IMG/VR virus record: IMGVR_UViG_3300033066_000598 | Origin: an uncultured virus (IMG/VR IMGVR_UViG_3300033066_000598) | Lineage: Duplodnaviria > Heunggongvirae > Uroviricota > Caudoviricetes | Length of the DNA stretch: 20,000 bases | Reading direction: 5' to 3' (one strand) | Part shown: one piece after another, positions 13,968 to 20,000 of the stretch | Layout of the letters: each line of letters starts with the position of its first letter | Numbering within the stretch: position 1 is the stretch's first letter | Translations under genes and position numbers: made by a program | Notes under the pieces: model-generated | What the model was told of the DNA's origin: nothing | Database searches by the model: none | Seen by the model: the letters and a program-made list of their open reading frames with translations, nothing else

Positions 13968-14695
13968 TGGCGATCCCGTTTGTGCCGATCGGCCCCGGCG
14001 TTCCCACGCTGCCGACGGCCAACACGATCATCGCGGTGGCCGACCAGGTCGTGGCCGACCTTGTCGATGCGCTGTTCGACAACGGCCCGCAGTGGGGCCT
14101 GTTTCTCGACGGCGACCCGGTCGTGATTGCGGAATCCGTCGTCTCTTTCGAGTACAAGCAGAACTACCGCATCTCGTCTTTCGCGATCGAGCCGTCGAAC
14201 CAGCAGAGCGCCGGCGGTTTCGAGAGCTACAACAAGGTGCAGACGCCGTTCGATGTTGTTCTGCGTTTTGCCACCGGTGGCACGCCGGCCGATCGCCAGG
14301 CGCTGCTCGAGTCCGCGGAAGCGGCTGTCGCCTCGCTCGATCTGATGGACGCGGTGACGCCGGAGAAGGTCTACCAAAGCGTCAACCCCGTGCACATGGA
14401 TTATCGGCGCACCGCATTCAACGGCGTCGCCATGATCGTCATCGACATGTTCTGCGAACAGGTGCGCACGACGGCGTCGAGCAGCTTCACCAACGCGCAG
14501 CAATCCGGCACCGGCGGGACTGCGGGCGATACCGCCGTCACCCCGACGCTGAACACCACGGGCGGCTCGGCGGCCGCGGCGGCCACCATCTCGAGTCCGG
14601 CTTCCGCGAGCGCTGCTCCGACGACCAGCAACGGCACGGTGGCGCCGACGCCGGCGCCGGCGAACAGCACGCTCAACTTCGATTTTCCGCTGTAG
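13967..14695 (+). CDS. Baseplate / tail tube initiator protein (Dit-like), 242 aa
   Basis: Follows the tape measure. Motifs 'QWGLF', 'F.SYNKVQTPF', 'VTPEKVY', 'DYRR'; Thr/Ala-rich C-terminal extension. Confidence 0.82.
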   Translation: MAIPFVPIGPGVPTLPTANTIIAVADQVVADLVDALFDNGPQWGLFLDGDPVVIAESVVSFEYKQNYRISSFAIEPSNQQSAGGFESYNKVQTPFDVVLRFATGGTPADRQALLESAEAAVASLDLMDAVTPEKVYQSVNPVHMDYRRTAFNGVAMIVIDMFCEQVRTTASSSFTNAQQSGTGGTAGDTAVTPTLNTTGGSAAAAATISSPASASAAPTTSNGTVAPTPAPANSTLNFDFPL

Positions 14696-14704
14696 GGAAG
14701 CGCG

Positions 14705-15022
14705 ATGCAGATTATCCCTGTCACGGCGGTGCCGAATCAGATCGAAGTTGTGCCGCTCGACGGGCAGAGCTACATCATTGCGATCAACCAGCGCTCCACC
14801 GGTCTCTACATGGACGTCTTCATGAACGGCGAGCCTATCGTGCTCGGCGTCATCTGCGAAAACCGAAACCTGATCATCCGCAACCGCTATCTCGGCGCCA
14901 CGGGGGATTTTTTCTTCTTCGACACGCAAGGCGAATCCGACCCGGAGTACACGGGTCTCAACAACCGCTACCTTCTGGTCTTTGCCGAAGAAGCGGATTT
15001 GGATGCCAAAAATGTCCGTTGA
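14705..15022 (+). CDS. Baseplate plug/tip small protein, 105 aa
   Basis: Motifs 'IP..AVPNQ...V.L.GQ', 'GLYMDV', 'YLG..GD.FF.DTQG..DP.YTGL..RY.L'. Confidence 0.82.
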   Translation: MQIIPVTAVPNQIEVVPLDGQSYIIAINQRSTGLYMDVFMNGEPIVLGVICENRNLIIRNRYLGATGDFFFFDTQGESDPEYTGLNNRYLLVFAEEADLDAKNVR

Positions 15023-15929
15023 ACGGCGCGCGCTCGGCTGCGAGATCGAATTGTCTCCGGACCGCACGCCGGCGACGCAGAACGTCCCCACGACGTTTGC
15101 GGAGGGCGGCAACAAGGTGACGTTGCCGGCAGGCCTGCGCATGCGCGCCGACATCCAGAATGCCGGCGGCCTCGCCGACGGCACGCTCGACCTGACGATT
15201 TGGGGCATGACGCGTTCGATCATGAACCAGCTCGCCACGCTCGGCCTGCAGATCAACCTGCTGCAGACCAACCGCGTCACGCTGACGGCGGGCGTTGCCG
15301 GCAAGATGTCGACGGCGTTCATTGGTTTTATCACCGCGGCCGAAGCCGACTTCAATGCCATGCCGGAGCCAAGCTTCCGCATCACGGCGCACACGCTCGG
15401 CGCATGGGCGGCGCGGCCGGCGGAAGCCACGAGCTATCAGGGCTCGGCCAGCGTCGCCGACATCATGTCGAACCTCGCCACCAAGATGGGCTTGCGGTTT
15501 GAGAATTCCGGAGTCGACGTCACGCTGAAGAACCCGGTCTTCACCGGCTCCTATCGCGACCAGGCGCGCGCCGTCGTGAAGCAGGCGGGGATCCTGTGGA
15601 ATAACGGCGAGGGTGGCCTGCTTGCGATCTGGCCGCGCAATGGTGCGCGCGGCGGCCTCATTCCAGTGATTGCGCCGCCGCCGAAGGGCAGCATGATCGG
15701 CTTCCCGAAATACAACGCCTATGGCGTGTCGATCCGCAATCTCTACGACCCGACCATCGGCTTCGGCCAGAAGGTGAAGGTCGAGAGCTCGGTGCTGACG
15801 CCGACGGAATACGTCGTCATCGGGCTGGCGCATTCGCTTGCGTGCGAAATGCCGAACGGCCCGTGGGAGACGCTCATCACCGGCTACAATCCGAGCATGC
15901 CGACGCCGCTTGCGGGGGCGGTGCGCTGA
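15012..15929 (+). CDS. Baseplate hub protein (T4 gp27/Mu gp44-like), about 305 aa
   Basis: Synteny before the spike. Motifs 'IWGMT...MNQLATLG', 'A.A.FNAMPE', 'FENSGV...L.NP', 'MIGFP'. The start may be 15003. Confidence 0.82.
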   Translation: MSVERRALGCEIELSPDRTPATQNVPTTFAEGGNKVTLPAGLRMRADIQNAGGLADGTLDLTIWGMTRSIMNQLATLGLQINLLQTNRVTLTAGVAGKMSTAFIGFITAAEADFNAMPEPSFRITAHTLGAWAARPAEATSYQGSASVADIMSNLATKMGLRFENSGVDVTLKNPVFTGSYRDQARAVVKQAGILWNNGEGGLLAIWPRNGARGGLIPVIAPPPKGSMIGFPKYNAYGVSIRNLYDPTIGFGQKVKVESSVLTPTEYVVIGLAHSLACEMPNGPWETLITGYNPSMPTPLAGAVR

Positions 15930-16660
15930 TGGCGGGCGAGGGGTACGGCCAGCAACGACCGGAGCAGGCGAACAGCGACTACAACGCCTATAGCTTCGTG
16001 GTCGATCAGGCGATTGCAAAGCTGCACACGGTCAAGATCGTAAAGGTGCAGGCGGTCGACACCGACGCGAAGACTGTGCAGGTGATGCCGCTGGTCAAGC
16101 AGATCGACGGCAACAACGAGACGACGTCGCAGGGCACGATCTACGGCGTACCGTACCGCGCGCTGTTGTTCGGGCGGAACGCCATCGTCGCGGATCCGGC
16201 AGTCGACGACGTGGGCGTCATGATTTGCGCCGATCGCGATATTTCCGCGGTGAAGGAGACGCGCGAGGAATCGCCGCCCGGCTCGCTGCGCCAGTACGAC
16301 CAGGCGGACGGCATCTATATCGGCGGCCTGCTCACCGATCAGGAGCCAGAGCAATATGTGAAGTTCACCGACACCGGCATGGAGCTGGCCGACAAGAGCG
16401 GCAACTCGCTGGTGTCGAGCTCGACGGGGTGGGTGTTCACGGGCAAGGTCGTCTTCTCCGATGCGATCGTGGCGCAGGGCAACCTCGAGCTCGCTGGCGA
16501 CATCGTCAATGAGGGCGGCGGCACCTATGACGGCGACATCCATACGTCGGGCACCATCACCGCAGACACCGACGTCGTCAGCGGAACAATTCACCTGAAG
16601 ACGCACAAGCACACCGGTGTCACGGTCGGCGGCGGCACGACGGGAGGCCCGACCCCATGA
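15929..16660 (+). CDS. Baseplate central spike (Gp138/P2 gpV-like), 243 aa
   Basis: OB-fold-like N-terminus 'VKVQAV...VQVMPLVKQIDG', 'DP.V.D.G..ICADRDISAVK', and a C-terminal HxH iron-binding tip 'LKTHKHTGV'. Confidence 0.9.
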   Translation: MAGEGYGQQRPEQANSDYNAYSFVVDQAIAKLHTVKIVKVQAVDTDAKTVQVMPLVKQIDGNNETTSQGTIYGVPYRALLFGRNAIVADPAVDDVGVMICADRDISAVKETREESPPGSLRQYDQADGIYIGGLLTDQEPEQYVKFTDTGMELADKSGNSLVSSSTGWVFTGKVVFSDAIVAQGNLELAGDIVNEGGGTYDGDIHTSGTITADTDVVSGTIHLKTHKHTGVTVGGGTTGGPTP

Positions 16661-17025
16661 AGACGCTGCTGCTCGGCATCAACACCTGGGATTTGCTCCT
16701 CGACGCGAGCGGCAACATCGCGGCCGCTTCCGAGCCGTACTCGCAGGCGCAGGACGCGGCGAGCGCGTGCCGCACCTTCAGCGACATCCGCTCAAACGAC
16801 ACTGGCGAGTGCTGGTACAACACGACGCTCGGCGTGGGCTACAAGGCCATGCTCGGCCGCGCGCCGAACGCGCCGCTTATCAAGGCGAAGATGGTCAGCC
16901 AGGCGCTGCTCGTGCCAGGCGTCGTCGCCGCCAAGGTTTTCATCACCGGAGTTGCCGACCGACGCGTGACGGGACAAATCCAGCTCACGACGGAAGACGG
17001 CACCACACAGACGGCGGCGTTCTGA
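16657..17025 (+). CDS. Baseplate wedge / sheath initiator (gp25-like), 122 aa
   Basis: Motifs 'TWDL.LDASGNIA', 'AQD.ASACRTF', 'GECWYNTT.GV.Y', 'VPGV'; ATGA coupling. Confidence 0.85.
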   Translation: MKTLLLGINTWDLLLDASGNIAAASEPYSQAQDAASACRTFSDIRSNDTGECWYNTTLGVGYKAMLGRAPNAPLIKAKMVSQALLVPGVVAAKVFITGVADRRVTGQIQLTTEDGTTQTAAF

Positions 17026-17026
17026 C

Positions 17027-18439
17027 ATGGCAACAAACGTTCCCGGTCTCGTCTTCACGGCCAACGGCTGGCAGGCACCGACCGAACAGGCGATTCTGAC
17101 CGGCGTCCAAGCCGACATCAACGAGGCCTTCGGCGGCAACGTGAACCCGGCGCTGAACACGCCGCAGGGGCAGCTGGCGAGCTCGATTGCGGCGATCATC
17201 GCCGAAGTCAATTCGCAGGTGATAAACCTGTTCAACATGTTCGACCCGGCCTATGCGTACGGCCGGGCGCAGGACGCGCTGGCGCGAATTTACTTCCTCG
17301 CTCGATCGCCGGCGGCACCGACCACGGTGGAGGCCATCTGCACCGGCGGCCAGGGGACGGTCATCCCGGCCGGCTCCGTCGCCAAGGCGACCGACGGGCT
17401 GCTCTATCGCAGCGTCGACGCAGCCACGATTGGCGCCGGCGGCACGGTCACCATTTCCTTCGTTTGCGACACCTATGGCCCGATCTCGTGCCCGGCGGGA
17501 ACCCTCAACAAGATTTTCCGGGCTATCCCCGGTTGGGATTCGATCGACAACCCGGCCGACGGCGTCCTTGGGAGGGACACAGAGAGCCGTTCTCAATTCG
17601 AGGAGCGCAGGGCCGCCTCCGTCGCCAAAAACGCTGTAGGGTCGCTTAATGCGGTCCAAGGGGCTGTTCTCGACGTATCCGACGTGCTGGACGCCTACGT
17701 GACCGAAAACGTCACGGGGGCCCCTGTGTCGATCCGGGGCGTGTCGGTTGCCGCGCATTCGCTCTACGTGTCGGTTTCCGGTGGAACCGACGAAGACGTG
17801 GCACAGGCCATCTGGTCGAAGAAGGCTCCGGGCTGCAATTACAACGGCAACACTACGGTCGCGGTCGAAGACACCGCCGGCGTCTACTCGCCGCCGCTGC
17901 CGACCTACGACGTCAGTTTCGAGCGACCCGATCCGCTGGCCATCCTGTTTTCGGTGGTGCTGCAGAACAACGCGCAGATTCCGTCGAATGCAGCGTCGTT
18001 GATTCAGGCGGCTATCATACTGGCGTTCGCCGGCGCCGACGGCGGCACGCGCGCACGCATCGGCTCAACGATCCTCGCCGGCCGCTACTATGGCGCAGTC
18101 GCTTCGCTCGGCTCTTGGGCGCAGGTGCTCACCATCACCTTGGGCTCCAACAATGCGCCGGATTCCACCTTCACCGGCGTGATTGCCGGCACAGCGCTGT
18201 CGACGTCGGGCCCGACAGGTGTCATTGCAATCGGGCAGACGATTTCCGATGCCGCCGGCGACATCCCCGCTGGCACCAAGATCACGGGCGGCTCGGGCTC
18301 GAGCTGGACGATCAACAAGTCGCTCACCATCTCCTCGCGCACAATGATCGGCGTCACGCCGACGGACACCTTCGTCGACGTCAACGCGGACCAGGTGCCG
18401 ACGATCAACGCCGACAACATCACGGTGTCGACGACATGA
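17027..18439 (+). CDS. Baseplate J/gp47-like wedge protein, 470 aa
   Basis: Motifs 'AFGGN.NP.L.TPQGQLA', 'DP..A.GR.QDALARIYF..R', 'G...ESR.QFE.RR..SVA.NA', 'HSLYV.V.GG', 'IWSKKAPGC'. Confidence 0.92.
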   Translation: MATNVPGLVFTANGWQAPTEQAILTGVQADINEAFGGNVNPALNTPQGQLASSIAAIIAEVNSQVINLFNMFDPAYAYGRAQDALARIYFLARSPAAPTTVEAICTGGQGTVIPAGSVAKATDGLLYRSVDAATIGAGGTVTISFVCDTYGPISCPAGTLNKIFRAIPGWDSIDNPADGVLGRDTESRSQFEERRAASVAKNAVGSLNAVQGAVLDVSDVLDAYVTENVTGAPVSIRGVSVAAHSLYVSVSGGTDEDVAQAIWSKKAPGCNYNGNTTVAVEDTAGVYSPPLPTYDVSFERPDPLAILFSVVLQNNAQIPSNAASLIQAAIILAFAGADGGTRARIGSTILAGRYYGAVASLGSWAQVLTITLGSNNAPDSTFTGVIAGTALSTSGPTGVIAIGQTISDAAGDIPAGTKITGGSGSSWTINKSLTISSRTMIGVTPTDTFVDVNADQVPTINADNITVSTT

Positions 18440-19095
18440 CGGGCCCGGATTTTCCGCTTCCCGATCCGAATTCCAATGCGATCGGCAACTTCATTATCGG
18501 CGTGTCGACGATCGGCGACATCCCGACCTTCAATGTGTGGAAGACGATCATTTCGCAGTACGCGAATTCGCCGATCCTCACCAAGCTTATCGAGAACATG
18601 TTCGCCTATCTCGACCAGACGCAGAACTTCCAGAATTTCTTCGATCTGGTGATGAACATCGACACCGCGCAGGGCTATGGCCTCGACGTGTGGGGGCGAA
18701 TTCTGAATGTCGGCCGCACGCTCGATGTGCCCGGCGATCAGGTTTACTTCGGTTTTCAGGAGGCGGGGCAGGAAGCGCAGCCGTTCAACCAGGCACCCTT
18801 CTACGACGGCCAACAGATCGGCACCAGCTTCGTCCTGACGGACAGCTCCTATCGCGTGCTGCTGTTCGCAAAGGCGGCGGCCAATATCTGCAACGGCTCG
18901 ATTCCGGCGATCAACTCCATTCTGATGACGCTGTTTCCGAACCGCGGCAACGCCTACGTCGTCGATGGCCTCGACATGACGATGACGTTCAAGTTTGAAT
19001 TTACGCTGACGCCGGTCGAACTCGCAATCGTCTCGCAGTCCGGCGTCCTCCCAACTTCGACCGGTGTTTCGTACACCATCGATTCTGTGCAATAG
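18436..19095 (+). CDS. Baseplate wedge protein, DUF2612-like, 219 aa
   Basis: ATGA coupling at 18436. Motifs 'TIISQYANSP', 'NIDTAQGYGLDVWGRI..V.R', 'YFGF', 'PFNQAPFY', 'KAAANI'. Confidence 0.9.
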   Translation: MTGPDFPLPDPNSNAIGNFIIGVSTIGDIPTFNVWKTIISQYANSPILTKLIENMFAYLDQTQNFQNFFDLVMNIDTAQGYGLDVWGRILNVGRTLDVPGDQVYFGFQEAGQEAQPFNQAPFYDGQQIGTSFVLTDSSYRVLLFAKAAANICNGSIPAINSILMTLFPNRGNAYVVDGLDMTMTFKFEFTLTPVELAIVSQSGVLPTSTGVSYTIDSVQ

Positions 19096-19103
19096 GGGCC
19101 CCT

Positions 19104-20000
19104 ATGGAACGCGCAAGCATCCCACTTCGATATGCGAAGGTTTGGGCGGTCGATGCCGCCGGCGCCTACATCCGCACGGTGCCGGTCGACTCACAGATCG
19201 GCATTCAGGATGGCGCGGCTTCCTTTGAAACCGGATTCGTTCCCGACAATTTCTCGCCGGTGGCTGCCGGCGGCGTACCGCCGTTCGGCCAGGACTTCAA
19301 CGGCCTGATGAACGTCGTCACGGCATGGGAGCAGTGGCTGCAGGCCGGCGGCGCTGTTCCCTTCGACACAGATTTTTCAACCGACGTCGGCGGCTACCCA
19401 CAGGGGGCCGTCATCGACTCGAGCATTGTGCTTGGGGCGCAGTGGGTTTCGCTCGTCGACAACAACACCACCGACCCCGATGATCCGCTGACGTCGACCA
19501 ATTGGCGACGCGCGGGCGAGGCGGCGGGCGTGCTGGTGCCGTTCCCGATCTCGATCCCCTCGGGCTATGTAGCAGCGCGTGGCGACTACACGCTCGGCGG
19601 CGCGAGCTCCGGCGCCACCTATGCCGCGGCTGATGCCCTGTTTCTGTTCGCGGCCAACTGGTCGAATTCGCAGCTCGCGATCTATACCAGCGGCGGCGTG
19701 GTGACGACGCGCGGCGCGAACGCGGTGGCCGACTTTGCCGCCAACAAGCGCCTGCAGATGCCCGATGGTCGTGGCGCTGGCGTGATTGGCGTCGATGCCG
19801 GCGGGTCGACAAATCTTAGCGGCGTGCCGGTCGTCGCCGGCAACAGCACAACACCGGGCTCGACGCTCGGTGAAAACCTCCATGCAATGACGTCGGGCGA
19901 GAACGGGACACATACCCACATCAATTCGCTGACCGACCCCGGTCACACCCACGCGGGCTCGTTTGCTGCCGGCGGTGGCCTCAATAACAACAACGGTGGT
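19104..20000 (+). CDS. Tail fibre protein, 5' part (runs off the window), with tail-collar-like domain
   Basis: Not in the ORF track because it has no stop. Manual translation gives MERASIPLRY...GAASFETGF...AAGGVPPFGQDFNG...GGYPQGAVI...MPDGRG...HTH, a typical fibre N-terminus followed by a collar motif. Confidence 0.88.
   Translation, partial: MERASIPLRYAKVWAVDAAGAYIRTVPVDSQIGIQDGAASFETGFVPDNFSPVAAGGVPPFGQDFNGLMNVVTAWEQWLQAGGAVPFDTDFSTDVGGYPQGAVIDSSIVLGAQWVSLVDNNTTDPDDPLTSTNWRRAGEAAGVLVPFPISIPSGYVAARGDYTLGGASSGATYAAADALFLFAANWSNSQLAIYTSGGVVTTRGANAVADFAANKRLQMPDGRGAGVIGVDAGGSTNLSGVPVVAGNSTTPGSTLGENLHAMTSGENGTHTHINSLTDPGHTHAGSFAAGGGLNNNNGG

Noticed and set aside
14500..14670. Thr/Ala/Pro-rich low-complexity stretch in the baseplate initiator gene
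   Set aside because: It looks like an ordinary flexible C-terminal extension with no periodicity or separate ORF evidence.
2543..15430. Long minus-strand ORFs (e.g. 2543..4147, 7096..8283, 10532..11464, 13724..15430)
   Set aside because: These are antisense shadows of high-GC coding genes, with no recognisable motifs and complete overlap with well-supported + strand genes.
9096..20000. Tailocin, eCIS, T6SS or gene transfer agent interpretation
   Set aside because: Head-tail adaptor, head-closure and neck genes are present, which indicates a capsid-bearing phage. RcGTA-type elements have non-contractile tails.

Overview
This window is one co-oriented (+ strand), GC-rich virion morphogenesis operon of a contractile-tailed (myo-type) phage or prophage. 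Gene order and motifs resemble the Bcep781/AP22/Milano-type architecture: DUF4054-like head-tail adaptor, neck and head-closure proteins, tail terminator, DUF3383-like sheath, tube, tail chaperone, tape measure with a lysozyme-like domain, baseplate genes (tube initiator, plug, hub, Gp138-type spike, gp25-like wedge, J-like, DUF2612-like) and the 5' part of a tail fibre. Family names come from motif recall and synteny, not database searches. The host is probably an alphaproteobacterium (inference). The head-tail joining region (about 1.2-9.1 kb) is unusually expanded. It holds a structured intergenic region with three alphaproteobacterial-type LexA boxes, two proteins with Sec-like signal peptides and paired Cys, and a 903-aa fibre-like protein with a polyglycine domain plus 26 Cys-laddered 18-aa repeats, flanked by putative collar and anchor genes. 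A canonical -1 frameshift signal (G GGT TTT plus a downstream hairpin) lies in the tail chaperone gene.
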